A DNA stretch of 64,000 nt from an uncultured Nitrospirales bacterium (lineage in GTDB: Bacteria; Nitrospirota; Nitrospiria; Nitrospirales; NS-4). Made by a program: the position numbers and the translations under genes. The stretch covers positions 27,027 to 91,026 of the forward strand of contig CAZSUT010000002.1 of NCBI GenBank assembly GCA_964610095.1, in the 5' to 3' direction. Under the pieces are notes generated by a model, which saw only the letters and a program-made list of their open reading frames with translations, searched no databases and had not been told where the DNA came from. This document shows positions 9,241-19,131 of the stretch, one piece after another (within the stretch, counting starts at the first letter, position 1; each line of letters begins with the position of its first letter).

Positions 9241-10122
9241 TCAGGGCGTCCCTGTCCTGCCCATAGCGAGCGGCGCGTGTTCGGCAAGGCCCATGCCACG
9301 TTCGCTGGGTTCAGGCTGGCCGGACGCCGAGGGGGAGAGGAGCGATTGGGATTTCCAGACAGCCCAAGGCGTCTCATCGCGAGCATACATATCGTCCAGT
9401 CGTTGCTTGTCCTTGAACGTATCCATGCTGATCCAGAAGCCTTCATAGCGGTACGTGATGAGCTTCCCTTCCTGGATTAACCTCTGGAAGGGCTCATGAA
9501 CCAATTCCTCATTGGGATGGATGTATTCGAAGATTTCTCTTCTGAAAATCATGTAGCCGCCGTTGATCCATAGGCCCGATTTATTGAGGTCCTTAAGATC
9601 CCAAACTTGGCCGTCGTCCTGGATTCTCACCACGTGGAAACTCTGGATTGGCCTTACACTGAGGAAGCTTCCGATCGCATCCCGCCCCTGAAACTCATCG
9701 ATAATATCGGGAAGGTGGAAATCGGTAAGCCCATCCGTGTAGTTCGCCAGGAAGATCTCTTCACCCTCGAGGTATGGTTGCACAGCCTTGAGCCGTTGCC
9801 CCAAATTGGAATTCAATCCCGTATCGACGAAGGTGATGTTCCAATCATGGATGTCTCGGTTCGTCATGCGGATGTCCTTCCCACCCTTAGACATCGTAAA
9901 ATTGTTCGAGAGACATTCATCGTAGTTGAGGAAGTAATTCTTGATGGTATCTCCCTGGTAACCCAGGCACAAAATGAAGTCCTTGTGTCCATAATGGGCA
10001 TAGTATTTCATGAGGTGCCAGAGGATGGGTCTATACCCGATGTTAACCATGGGTTTCGGAATTGCATCCGAATATTCGCGCAAGCGCATGCCCAAGCCTC
10101 CGCAAAAAAGAACGACCTTCAT
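9241..10122 (-). CDS. rfbF: Glucose-1-phosphate cytidylyltransferase
   Basis: MKVVLFCGGLGMRLREYSDAIPKPMVNIGYRPILWHLMKYYAHYGHKDFILCLGYQG is near-textbook RfbF. There is a low-complexity C-terminal tail of about 35 aa. Confidence 0.9.
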   Translation of the reverse strand: MKVVLFCGGLGMRLREYSDAIPKPMVNIGYRPILWHLMKYYAHYGHKDFILCLGYQGDTIKNYFLNYDECLSNNFTMSKGGKDIRMTNRDIHDWNITFVDTGLNSNLGQRLKAVQPYLEGEEIFLANYTDGLTDFHLPDIIDEFQGRDAIGSFLSVRPIQSFHVVRIQDDGQVWDLKDLNKSGLWINGGYMIFRREIFEYIHPNEELVHEPFQRLIQEGKLITYRYEGFWISMDTFKDKQRLDDMYARDETPWAVWKSQSLLSPSASGQPEPSERGMGLAEHAPLAMGRTGTP

Positions 10123-11099
10123 GAGACACTCCTTTCCGGAGACATCACCTCACTTTTGCATAACGAGGTGCCAGTCAATCTCCTTCGGTACCATGCCACG
10201 GTTTGCTCAAGTCCCTTCCTCAACGACGTCGTCGGCTTCCAGCCTAGCAATTTGAAGGCGTCGGTGATCTTCGCCGCGCGGCCATCCAGCGCAAGGGTGG
10301 TCGAAGAGGGACGAAAGCGAGGCTCAATCCCCGTGCCAACCACGCTCACCAACTCCTCAATCACCTCCCGAATGCCGATCAAAACACCGGACCCGAGGTC
10401 GATGGTGTATCCCTCCACCCCCGTTACCTGCGCAGCAGCCACTATGCCTTCCACGACATCGTCGATGTGAATCCAATCGACCCGACGGTCGCCTTGTCCG
10501 ATCGTCGGCACTGCTCCTCTGAGGAGCGACAGCGCCACATAGGGAATGATTTTCGTGTCCCCCTGGCCTGGCCCGTAGGTCATGAACGGACGAACGATGA
10601 CTACAGGGAGTTGGTACAGCTTGTGGAACATGCGACCATAGACGACCGTGGCCCACTTGGACGCCGCATAGGGAGAGGAAGGAACAACGTCGCCGTCCGA
10701 GTAGTCCGGTTCTTCTAGTGAACCGGTGATGACGACCCTGCTGCAACCCAGGAGAACAGCCTCTGATAAGACATGAACCGTGGTTGCCAAATTGTCGTAG
10801 AAGGACGACAGAACGAGTTCCGCGTCAGGAGAAGCCGCCGCTTGACCGGCCAAATGGATGATGACATCGGGCCGAATGTCTTTGAGCAGGGTCCGAAGGG
10901 CGTCTATATCTCTGAGATCGGCCGTGAGGAAGCGGATGCCTTCACGGTTCTGAGTCGCGTGGCGCGCTATACCATAAACCTCGGCACCGAGTTGGCTGAG
11001 CCGGACTGCGACGTTGGAGCCGAGAAACCCTCGGGCTCCCGTTACAAGTACCCTCTTGGTAACCAGGGAAGTCATGGGACCAGCGCTTCGACCTATCAT
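10119..11099 (-). CDS. NAD-dependent epimerase/dehydratase (extended SDR)
   Basis: VLVTGARGFLGSNV Rossmann motif and YAASK catalytic motif. ATGA overlap with the upstream gene. Confidence 0.85.
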   Translation of the reverse strand: MIGRSAGPMTSLVTKRVLVTGARGFLGSNVAVRLSQLGAEVYGIARHATQNREGIRFLTADLRDIDALRTLLKDIRPDVIIHLAGQAAASPDAELVLSSFYDNLATTVHVLSEAVLLGCSRVVITGSLEEPDYSDGDVVPSSPYAASKWATVVYGRMFHKLYQLPVVIVRPFMTYGPGQGDTKIIPYVALSLLRGAVPTIGQGDRRVDWIHIDDVVEGIVAAAQVTGVEGYTIDLGSGVLIGIREVIEELVSVVGTGIEPRFRPSSTTLALDGRAAKITDAFKLLGWKPTTSLRKGLEQTVAWYRRRLTGTSLCKSEVMSPERSVS

Positions 11100-12004
11100 A
11101 CTGCTTGCGGTGTGGGACAGATTTCCGCGGCGCTTTCATACGGCAGGACTAGTTCCTCCGGCAATTTCGAGAAATCTCTCGCCAGCAGGAAATCCCGGAG
11201 CACCGTGCCGGTGCATGCCGTGTCGATATTCGGGGCTCCCTCCTTGGCTGCCACATCATCGAAGTGGACTGTTCTGAAATCGATGCTGAACCGGGTCTGT
11301 CCCGACGTATTCGGCACGGTTGAATGGAGGTGTGCACCTGAGAACAGCAGCATCCCGCCGAATTTAGTAATGACACGAATCTGGGGATCCAGTTCAAGTG
11401 GCCCGGTCGGACGAGGCTGCTTGCGCGTATCTTCCTTGATGTATTCGGCCGCGTCTTTTCTGGCCGTGCGGACATATTCGTAGTAGTTGAAATCTTTCGA
11501 CTCGTTGTTCACCGGGGTATCCCAGTACCGGCAATGGAAAGCCATCGCGTTGTCCGGTTCAATGTCGAAGATGGGAATCCACCAATTAATCTGACACGTC
11601 GGCGCCGAATACCACGTATCGCGATGCGGGTGGTATGCATAGGCGATCCCGGAGGTCAAATAGCCTCCCGAGGTGGCTGTTCGCATGCGTGGCACGTCAA
11701 AATATGTCTTGTCGAGGTCGCAGCCCATCTCCTCTAGAATTCCCTTCACGAGCTGCTTAGAAGTCGAGTGATTGATAAACTTAGGCTTCAGCGCACCCAA
11801 GATAGCCACGTACTCTTCAACTTGGAGACTGTGCTGGGCTTCTCTCGGATCCAGAACTCCAAATGCTTCCTGGATCATCTCCCGCGCGAACTCAATGAGA
11901 GCCAACGAGCTCTGGCGCGGAGAAAAGGCGAGCAATTGCCCCTTAAACAACAGCTTTCGCCTGACATCGTCGGTGCAGTCGGGATCAAAGAAGATCGCGT
12001 TCAT
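11096..12004 (-). CDS. Putative Fe(II)/2-oxoglutarate-dependent oxygenase (PhyH-like cupin)
   Basis: Candidate facial triad H-x-D in YHPHRDTW, a distal His in GAHLHST, and Arg in RFSIDFR. Assignment is by pattern only. Confidence 0.45.
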   Translation of the reverse strand: MNAIFFDPDCTDDVRRKLLFKGQLLAFSPRQSSLALIEFAREMIQEAFGVLDPREAQHSLQVEEYVAILGALKPKFINHSTSKQLVKGILEEMGCDLDKTYFDVPRMRTATSGGYLTSGIAYAYHPHRDTWYSAPTCQINWWIPIFDIEPDNAMAFHCRYWDTPVNNESKDFNYYEYVRTARKDAAEYIKEDTRKQPRPTGPLELDPQIRVITKFGGMLLFSGAHLHSTVPNTSGQTRFSIDFRTVHFDDVAAKEGAPNIDTACTGTVLRDFLLARDFSKLPEELVLPYESAAEICPTPQAV

Positions 12005-12094
12005 GGCATGACCTCCACCAAGTTGTAGCTTCTATCGAGCGAATGAGGCTGGGGCGGCAGCGTTAGTATTGACTTGGCGTCCTGGCATGGGAGG

Positions 12095-13432
12095 CTACAA
12101 TCCAATCCCTTCGTACCGAGCTACGCTTCGTTTGTCGAGCAAGCGTCGTCCATCGACGACTAGAGGTTGTGTGCCTCTGCTCTTAAGCAGTTGCGGGAGC
12201 GCACCAAACTGCGCCCAATTGGTTACGAGGACGATGGCATCCACATCGTCGAGCGAGTCCTCAAGCCGCACGCAAAGGGTCAGACTTCGCTCAGAGAACA
12301 GCTTGCGGGCCTCCTCCATGGCCACCGGGTCGTATGCCTTGAGGATTACCCCTTCGTCCAGAAGCCTCTTGATGATGGGAATTGCCGGCGACTCGCGCAT
12401 ATCGTTCGTGTCCGGACGAAACGCTAATCCGAGAATCGCGATCCGCACCCCGTTCAGCGAAGGAAAATGTTTCTTTAAGAGGGCAATGACCCGGTCTGGC
12501 CTTTCGTCGTTGATGCGCATGACGGCGTTGAGCAGCCGCATGGTCGTCCTCTCTTCGTCGCCCTGGGCCACCAGGGTCTTCACGTCCTTCGGGAGACAAC
12601 TTCCACCAAAGCCGCAGCCTGCCATGAGGAAGCAGGTAATGGGTGCTGTAACCCGATTGCCGTTCGGAAGTATGGTGGTCAAGTACCGGCTGGCATGGAC
12701 TCCCTTCATTACGTCCACAATGTCAATGCTGCTGAGCGCCGTGCACAGGTTTGCGAGTTCATTGGAAAACGAGATCATCGTGGCGAGCAAGCAGTTAGAA
12801 GCGTACTTAATCATCTCAGCCGTCTTGTTGTTCGTCCGCAGGAGTTTTACTGCCGGGAACACGCTGTAGAGGGCCTCCTGCAGTCTGATACTGGCTTCAT
12901 CAATACCGCCGATGACGATCCGATCCGGATACATGAAATCGTGGACAGCCTCCCCTTCCGTCAGAAATTCGGGGTTCATCCCCAGACCGAAATCGACACC
13001 AACCTTTTTCCTTGACGCCTCTTCGAGGATCGGCAACACGATCCCGTCAGTGGTTCCTGGAACCACAGTGCTTTTCATGACGACAAGATGGTACCCGGAC
13101 TTGGCCAGCAGAGCGCGCCCGATCTGCCCCGACACCTCTTTGATATAGGTCAGATCGATCTCACGACCATCGAAAGGAGTTCCCACTGCGATCAGAGACA
13201 ACTCAGTCCCCTGAACAGCTTTCTCAAGATCCGTGGTGGCCGTCAACTTGGCATGGATGTTCCGCTGCAACAGTTCTTCGAGCCCCGCCTCGAAAATCGG
13301 CGGCTGGCCATTGTTAATACCGTCAATCTTCTTCGGGTCCACATCGACGCAGACCACGTTGTGCCCTTTCTCTGCCAGGCACACCCCCGTCACGAGCCCC
13401 ACGTAACCAGTGCCAATTACTGAAACGTTCAT
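12095..13432 (-). CDS. Nucleotide-sugar 6-dehydrogenase (UDP-glucose/GDP-mannose dehydrogenase family)
   Basis: MNVSVIGTGYVGLVTGVCLAEKGH N-terminus and the catalytic region GFGGSCLPKD. The start is moved to M20 at 13432, where the KDGGE codons supply AAGGATGG as a Shine-Dalgarno. Confidence 0.9.
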   Translation of the reverse strand: MNVSVIGTGYVGLVTGVCLAEKGHNVVCVDVDPKKIDGINNGQPPIFEAGLEELLQRNIHAKLTATTDLEKAVQGTELSLIAVGTPFDGREIDLTYIKEVSGQIGRALLAKSGYHLVVMKSTVVPGTTDGIVLPILEEASRKKVGVDFGLGMNPEFLTEGEAVHDFMYPDRIVIGGIDEASIRLQEALYSVFPAVKLLRTNNKTAEMIKYASNCLLATMISFSNELANLCTALSSIDIVDVMKGVHASRYLTTILPNGNRVTAPITCFLMAGCGFGGSCLPKDVKTLVAQGDEERTTMRLLNAVMRINDERPDRVIALLKKHFPSLNGVRIAILGLAFRPDTNDMRESPAIPIIKRLLDEGVILKAYDPVAMEEARKLFSERSLTLCVRLEDSLDDVDAIVLVTNWAQFGALPQLLKSRGTQPLVVDGRRLLDKRSVARYEGIGL

Positions 13433-13596
13433 TGTCTCGCCACCATCCTTCACCCGACGCGCCCTTTGCCGCGAAAGGTACACCCGCAATATTTCAACAT
13501 TTCGACGTCGAACCGGAGCCCACGATTTTCGCTATTGGTGTCCAGCGATTGGATTAGCTCTTCCTTTGCGGTGCCATATTCACTATCACCCAAGGC

Positions 13597-14808
13597 TTAA
13601 GCATCCTCGGCAACCTGGTTTTCGTGATACCAAATCAGAGACCGGCGGAGACCCTCATCGAGGTTAATCGTCGGATTGTATCCAAGTTCATGCTGTGCCT
13701 TCTTGATTACGGGACATCGGCGGTTCGGATTATCGACTAAGTACGACTCGTCTGGGCTTGCCCGTCTAACCAGCTTGCCTGTATATCCGAACAAATCTTT
13801 CCCAAGGAAGACCATCTCCTCCGCCAACTCGGCCATTGAAATCTCCGGCGCTTCGACGCCGATATTGTAAGCCTCGCCAGCACCGCCCTTAACCAGGATT
13901 TTGTAATACCCAACTACCGCATCTGCGACATAACAAAACGTTCGCTTGGGGGAGCCATCAGACAGCATGACAATATCGCGCCCTGCTATAATGTCGCGCG
14001 CAAAATCCGGAATGACTCGCCGATCGGTGATCTTCAGACCGGGCCCATAATTATTGAACGGTCGTGCCACCTTCACAGGCAAGCCGTACTGCCGGGAAAA
14101 ATTCACACATAGGGTCTCACCATAACGCTTGGCTTCGTCATAGCAGGCCCGCGGTCCGGTACAGGATACAAAGCCTCGGTACGTTTCCGGAGTGGGGATG
14201 TTCTCTGGTGTCGGATCACCATAAATCTCGCTGCTGGAAAAGAACAGAAAGCCCGCAACAGGCTTCTGTGTCTCCTTCCTGGCACGAGCGTAATCCAACA
14301 GCATCCGCAAGCCGTTGACATTGGCGTCCATCGTTTCAATCGGGTTGCGCCGATAGTACGTCGGCGACGCGATCGAAGCCGCATGCATTATGAAATCAAA
14401 ATTGCCCATCTCTTTGGGCAGCGGCTGGGTCATATCGTGCCGGACTAAATAAAGGTTGCGATCACCTTCCAACTTGCTTAACCACTCAGGCATGCCACGG
14501 ATTAAGCTGTCAAACATCGTTATCCGGATTGGCCAGGCATTGTGATTCTCCTGGTTATTCCAGTGGAGCACGGACTGAACGAAATAATGGCCTAAGAAAC
14601 CCGCCCCTCCGGTGATTAAAAGCTGTCTGCCTGCCATGCGAGCAAATTCTTCCTTCAAGTTACCGCAGATATAGTTAAGATCCTGCCTAATTACTTGCTG
14701 AGCAGTGGGCATTGCTTTTCCTTTTGTGCGTGGTGGTGCTGGACGCGCAAGCGAAACAGCGCGCTCTGCCTTGTCATCACTCAACTGCAAGTTTGACTGT
14801 CGAGACAT
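13597..14808 (-). CDS. UDP-glucuronate decarboxylase-like SDR (UXS/ArnA C-terminal-domain type)
   Basis: LLITGGAGFLGHYF, SSSEIYG and YDEAKR motifs. The long ORF-track N-terminus (to 15051) overlaps the upstream gene. An ATG at 14808 forms a TAATG junction with the upstream stop. An alternative start is M at 14712. Confidence 0.8.
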   Translation of the reverse strand: MSRQSNLQLSDDKAERAVSLARPAPPRTKGKAMPTAQQVIRQDLNYICGNLKEEFARMAGRQLLITGGAGFLGHYFVQSVLHWNNQENHNAWPIRITMFDSLIRGMPEWLSKLEGDRNLYLVRHDMTQPLPKEMGNFDFIMHAASIASPTYYRRNPIETMDANVNGLRMLLDYARARKETQKPVAGFLFFSSSEIYGDPTPENIPTPETYRGFVSCTGPRACYDEAKRYGETLCVNFSRQYGLPVKVARPFNNYGPGLKITDRRVIPDFARDIIAGRDIVMLSDGSPKRTFCYVADAVVGYYKILVKGGAGEAYNIGVEAPEISMAELAEEMVFLGKDLFGYTGKLVRRASPDESYLVDNPNRRCPVIKKAQHELGYNPTINLDEGLRRSLIWYHENQVAEDA

Positions 14809-16109
14809 TATGAATAGATCGTTACCTCTGGGATTGGGACGATAAATTTCCCGCCCCATTTGCGGATATACGACATCTGATTCATGATCTCGTCTTTCAG
14901 ATTCCAGGGCAGAATGAGAATGTAATCCGGCTTGGTCTGCCGGATCTTGTCCGGCGGATAGATCGGGATGTGGGTGCCAGGCGTAAACTTTCCCTGTTTG
15001 TATGGGCTCCGATCCACGGTGTAGTCGAGGAAGTCGGTCCGGATACCACAATAGTTCAAGAGGGTATTACCTTTTCCTGGTGCACCGTAGCCGGCAATCG
15101 ACTTTCCCTGTCGCTTCAGCCCGATGAGAAGGTCCAGGATCTTCCACTTTGTCCGGCGCACGCGCTCCCCGAACAAGAAATAGTGCTCCAGCCGCGTATA
15201 CCCTGCCTCCACCTCACGTGCCCTCAGTTCGACGACACTATCCGTCACCCGGCGGACCGTCCCCACAGTAGGGCCGGCATAGATCCGCAGCGATCCCCCG
15301 TGGGTCGGCAGCTCCTCAACATCGAAAATGGCAAGACCATGGGCCGCGAACACCTGCTCCACGCTCCAGAGCGAGAAATAGGAGAAATGCTCGTGATAGA
15401 TCGTATCGAACTGGTTCTCCTCCACGAGCCGCGACAGATGTGGGAACTCCATCGTGACAACACCGTGCGGCTTGAGCAGAACCCGGAGACCTTCCACGAA
15501 CCCGTTGAGGTCCGGCACGTGGGCGAGGACGTTGTTGCCCACCACTAGATCGGCTGGCCTGCCCTCGGCGGCCAGTCGCCGAGCCAGCGCTTCTCCGAAG
15601 AACTCCACGAGCGTGGGGACGCCCTTCTGAACCGCCACGGCAGCGACGTTGGCCGCCGGCTCGACGCCAAGGGCCGGAATACCCCGCTTGACGAAATACT
15701 GGAGGAGGTAGCCGTCGTTGCTAGCGATCTCCACGACCTGGCTGCTTTGTCCCAGCTTGAAACGCTCGATCATCGCGTCCACGTACCGGCGGGCATGTTC
15801 CAGCCAGGTGTCCGCGTAGGAGGAGAAATAGGCATATTCACCGAAGATCTCCTGTGGGCTCACATACTCCTGCAACTGGACGAGAAAGCACCGGTCGCAC
15901 ACCAACACGCGGAGGGGGTAGAACCGCTCCATACAATTGAGTTGCTCGAGCTCGATATGGCTCTGGCAGAGAGGCGACATCCCCAGATCCACAAAGATGT
16001 GACGTAGGGCCTCGCCACAGAAACGACAGTTCCCCTCAGTGGACTGCTGCGATGCTTGGCTTACGGGTTGTTCCGTCGCCGGCAACAATGTTATGTCCCT
16101 CTCTTTCAC
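14808..16109 (-). CDS. NDP-hexose C-methyltransferase-type SAM methyltransferase (TylCIII-like; N-terminal Zn-ribbon, MTase core, C-methyltransferase C-terminal domain)
   Basis: CRFCGEAL...CDRCFLVQL Cys pairs are followed by VVEIASNDGYLL (SAM motif I). The family-typical C-terminus is YGAPGKGNTLLNY...DRSPYKQGKFTPGTHIPI. A GTG start at 16109 with GAGG upstream is chosen, because the ORF-track start at 16346 overlaps the upstream gene by 220 nt. Confidence 0.8.
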   Translation of the reverse strand: MKERDITLLPATEQPVSQASQQSTEGNCRFCGEALRHIFVDLGMSPLCQSHIELEQLNCMERFYPLRVLVCDRCFLVQLQEYVSPQEIFGEYAYFSSYADTWLEHARRYVDAMIERFKLGQSSQVVEIASNDGYLLQYFVKRGIPALGVEPAANVAAVAVQKGVPTLVEFFGEALARRLAAEGRPADLVVGNNVLAHVPDLNGFVEGLRVLLKPHGVVTMEFPHLSRLVEENQFDTIYHEHFSYFSLWSVEQVFAAHGLAIFDVEELPTHGGSLRIYAGPTVGTVRRVTDSVVELRAREVEAGYTRLEHYFLFGERVRRTKWKILDLLIGLKRQGKSIAGYGAPGKGNTLLNYCGIRTDFLDYTVDRSPYKQGKFTPGTHIPIYPPDKIRQTKPDYILILPWNLKDEIMNQMSYIRKWGGKFIVPIPEVTIYS

Positions 16110-16126
16110 GTGGTACCTCGCAAGGA

Positions 16127-17476
16127 TCAGCCTCGGGGCTTTGCCGACCCTACGCGTGTGAGTAATCCATGTTTCTCTAGCTTTTCGGCGGCATCCAGAA
16201 TCGCTGTAAACGGCAGGTCGGCTCGCTCGGCGATGTCGAGCAGACTGCGTGTCCCATCTGAGAGATTCAATACCCACAGGGTGGCCAGATGCTCTTTGCT
16301 GCCGGGAGTCGGGTAGAGCCCGCGCTTGCCCAGTTGCGGTTCGCACTTGGGATTCCGGTTAGCGTACGTGACGTTCCGCTCCAGCACGCTCAGGATGCTC
16401 ACGAGGGTTGCGAAGGAGTCAGCCACGCTTTCCGGGCTAACGAATTCGAGATCGTCCCCCGAAGTGTGGTACTCGGGGAACCGCCCGTTCGGCGTCCTCA
16501 TAAAGCACCCGACCGGCAGATCGAATCCCGGCGAGCAGAACTGCCGTTCGTCATACCCGTAGGGCGAAAACTCCAGAATCTCGTGATCCGCCCCGCTATG
16601 CGCCAGAACATGCGCAGCCGCCCGATCGACGTCGGCCGCGCCGTGCCGGCTTTTCTTGTAGGTGATCCGCCCCCGGTCGCCAACGCAGCTCAACACCAGC
16701 CCGTGTCGGATCCTAGTCGCCTGCGCCTCGTTTCGCGCAAGCCACGCGATGGCCCCGATCGTGGTCGGGGCGAAGAGAATCCGGTACGAGTAGCGCCGCG
16801 GACGCGTCGCCAGGTATGCGCCGAGGTACGTGGCGACCGCCACGCCGGACAGGTTGTCATTGCACAGCGCGGGATGGCAGACGTGCGCCGAGATGAGTAC
16901 CTCCTCGTCTGTCTCCCCGGCAAGGAAGCATTCCCCGTACGTCAGCGAGCCTGCTTCCAAGGAGGCGTCGATCACGACCTCGTACTCTTCGTCCGGAAGC
17001 CCCTCGTACTGACGATGGGTGAGGCAGAACCCCCAGCTCTCCCGGTAATAGGCGGTTCGATAGGGGATCCAGTCTGGATGCTCGGGCAACGTGAACAGGT
17101 GCTCCCTCAACCGGCTGAGCGTCATGCGCCCTCGGATCGGCTTGCTATACCCAACGACGTGCAGGTTGGAGCGCCGGAAATCGATGACCCGCTCTCCATT
17201 GGCATTTCCCACATAGGCATCACGAATGTTCCATTCCTTCGGAACGACCCAGTCAAAAACCTGCGTCCCGGTCGGAATTTCCTGCACGGCGAGGGAGATA
17301 TGCCGGCCAATGATTTGCAGAGTCTCGCGTACCCCATCCCCCGTGATGCTGCGGCAGATAGGATACAGCTCGGCGATCAGCGCATGGATCTGGCGACCGA
17401 TCGAATGGGCGTCCATCTGAGTCTGCAGCTCGGACAGGTAGGCAGGCTGGGATACCCCCGTCCGGCTGCCGGTCAT
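16127..17476 (-). CDS. DUF4910/aminopeptidase-like (M28 fold) protein typical of sugar-modification clusters
   Basis: [23 protein letters not shown] is the N-terminal signature I associate with COG4310/DUF4910 proteins, which are usually encoded next to WxcM-type acyltransferases. 449 aa. Confidence 0.65.
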   Translation of the reverse strand: MTGSRTGVSQPAYLSELQTQMDAHSIGRQIHALIAELYPICRSITGDGVRETLQIIGRHISLAVQEIPTGTQVFDWVVPKEWNIRDAYVGNANGERVIDFRRSNLHVVGYSKPIRGRMTLSRLREHLFTLPEHPDWIPYRTAYYRESWGFCLTHRQYEGLPDEEYEVVIDASLEAGSLTYGECFLAGETDEEVLISAHVCHPALCNDNLSGVAVATYLGAYLATRPRRYSYRILFAPTTIGAIAWLARNEAQATRIRHGLVLSCVGDRGRITYKKSRHGAADVDRAAAHVLAHSGADHEILEFSPYGYDERQFCSPGFDLPVGCFMRTPNGRFPEYHTSGDDLEFVSPESVADSFATLVSILSVLERNVTYANRNPKCEPQLGKRGLYPTPGSKEHLATLWVLNLSDGTRSLLDIAERADLPFTAILDAAEKLEKHGLLTRVGSAKPRG

Positions 17477-17973
17477 TGCAACACCTCAAGGTCTGTCGTG
17501 ATGTAGCGGAGGACCCTCGCCGGATTCCCAGCCACAATCGCATTGTCGGGCACGTCGCGGGTGACGACGCTGCCGGCTCCAACGATGGCATTCTCCCCGA
17601 TGACCAAGTTCGAGAGGATTGTCGCCCCGGACCCGATCGACGCGCCTTTCCTCACCAGCGTGGCCTCGACCTTCCAGTCCTTCCCGGTCTGGAGTTCCCC
17701 GGCCGGAGTCGTCGCTCGTGGATAGGAGTCGTTGATGAAGGTGACGCCGTGGCCGATGAGGACGTGGTCCTCGATCGTCACACCTTCACAGATGAAGGTG
17801 TGGCTCGAAATCTTGCACCGCCGGCCGACCTTCGCATTCTTCTGGATCTCGACGAAGGTCCCGATTTTCGTCTCGTCTCCGACCTCGCAGCCGTACAGGT
17901 TGATGAATTTCGCGAGCTTGACGCCCTTCCCCAGCTTGACGTCGGGAGCAATGCAGAGAGATTCGTTCATCAA
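17473..17973 (-). CDS. Left-handed beta-helix (hexapeptide-repeat) sugar N/O-acetyltransferase
   Basis: Repeating [LIV]G-x4 hexapeptides, for example [30 protein letters not shown]. 4-nt overlaps on both sides. Confidence 0.8.
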   Translation of the reverse strand: MMNESLCIAPDVKLGKGVKLAKFINLYGCEVGDETKIGTFVEIQKNAKVGRRCKISSHTFICEGVTIEDHVLIGHGVTFINDSYPRATTPAGELQTGKDWKVEATLVRKGASIGSGATILSNLVIGENAIVGAGSVVTRDVPDNAIVAGNPARVLRYITTDLEVLQ

Positions 17974-19115
17974 CAGGCACCTTTCCCCGAGATGACCGCC
18001 GCGGGCGTCGCCAGGAGGATCTTGATGTCGGTCCAGAGCGAGCGCGTCCTGGCGTACCGCAGGTCGAGGCGCACCATTTCGTCGAAGGTCGTGCGGCTGC
18101 GCCCGGCCACCTGCCAGAGTCCTGTGATCCCCGGCTTGGCCTCTAGGATCCTGCGGCGATGCCAGGGCTTGTACTGCTCAAGCTCGTACGGAAGCGGGGG
18201 CCGTGGTCCGACCAGCGACATGTCCCCGCATAGCACGTTCCATAGCTGGGGCAGCTCGTCGAGGCTCGTCTTGCGAAGAATGCGTCCGACCGGCGTGACT
18301 CGAGGATCGTTGGTAAGCTTGAAAAATCCGTTCTTGCCGGACTCTTGGACCTGTCCGCTCGCCTTGATGAACGAGCTGACGAACTCGTGATGGAGACCGG
18401 GATCAGAGTTCAGGTACATTGTTCGAAACTTGAGCATCGTGAAGGGCTTCATCATCTGCCCGATTCGTACTTGTCCGAACAAGACCGGACCGGGTGACTT
18501 AAGTTTCACCAGGGCGGCGATCAGCAACAGAAGAGGCGAAAGTACCACCAGAAGTATCAGACTGCCGATGACGTCCAGCCCCCGCTTGATCGCCTCATAG
18601 ATCGTCCTCCTCTCCCAGCGCGAGCGTCGCTCTGGGTAAAGGAGCGGATTCACACGCCAACTTCCCTCTTCTCCCGCAAGCTTTGGGTCGGGATAGACAT
18701 GGAGTCGAATCGAAAACTTGTCGACCGCTTCCGCGCCCAACCGGTTGGCGAGCTCTCGACGGACTCGAGCGCCGAGTCCTTCACGCGTGTTGGCCAGATC
18801 TGACACGCGGATCTCGGGCAGGATGAGTCCGATCACAGATCGCCGCTCGAACCATCCAAGGACGTCCATCTCACGCTTGGCCGCCGTCAAGGCCTCGATG
18901 ACCGCCTCCCAAATCGACGAGGAATCGGCGCCCAGGCCATCATTCATGTCTACGAGCAGAAGAACAAATGGCTGATTGGAGCGATCGGCGCGCTTCCGCT
19001 CCCTGATCAAGACGCGCCAGAAGAGCTCTTCGTTGATGACGTGCGGACACCAATACCCATCTTCTTGATCACAGACTTGTGTTCTGATGCATTCCAGATG
19101 CTGAGGTGTGATCAT
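17970..19115 (-). CDS. Priming phosphoglycosyl transferase (bacterial sugar transferase, WbaP/EpsL type) with an N-terminal degenerate GGDEF-like domain
   Basis: C-terminal half: TM helix, then [28 protein letters not shown]...[21 protein letters not shown]. The N-terminal ~200 aa are paralogous to ORF 19132..19581. The start is moved to M42 at 19115 to clear the upstream stop at 19132. Confidence 0.85.
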   Translation of the reverse strand: MITPQHLECIRTQVCDQEDGYWCPHVINEELFWRVLIRERKRADRSNQPFVLLLVDMNDGLGADSSSIWEAVIEALTAAKREMDVLGWFERRSVIGLILPEIRVSDLANTREGLGARVRRELANRLGAEAVDKFSIRLHVYPDPKLAGEEGSWRVNPLLYPERRSRWERRTIYEAIKRGLDVIGSLILLVVLSPLLLLIAALVKLKSPGPVLFGQVRIGQMMKPFTMLKFRTMYLNSDPGLHHEFVSSFIKASGQVQESGKNGFFKLTNDPRVTPVGRILRKTSLDELPQLWNVLCGDMSLVGPRPPLPYELEQYKPWHRRRILEAKPGITGLWQVAGRSRTTFDEMVRLDLRYARTRSLWTDIKILLATPAAVISGKGAC

Positions 19116-19131
19116 GGTGCTACAGCACGCC

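Noticed and set aside
9241-9350. C-terminal tail of about 35 aa on RfbF (..SQSLLSPSASGQPEPSERGMGLAEHAPLAMGRTGTP) as a possible extra domain or frameshift.
   Set aside because: It is low-complexity, has no motif, and lies in the spacer before the next gene. It is most simply a lineage-specific disordered tail or late stop, and cannot be evaluated without homolog alignment.
13597-15051. Long N-terminal extensions of several ORF-track entries: 13597..15051, 14808..16346, 17970..19238, 41601..43157, 47024..48841, 56097..56870, 56597..57259, 25177..25971, 35420..36949 and 4890..6203.
   Set aside because: Each extension overlaps the preceding gene by 100-370 nt (for 25177..25971, the tRNA), has low-complexity composition, and lies upstream of where family homology begins. 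Internal ATG or GTG starts adjacent to the upstream stop fit better, and many form ATGA/GTGA/TAATG junctions.
16289-17506. 405-aa plus-strand ORF overlapping the DUF4910 gene.
   Set aside because: It is antisense to a recognisable family member and has an Arg/Pro/Gly-rich composition, no motifs, and no plausible Shine-Dalgarno or operon context.
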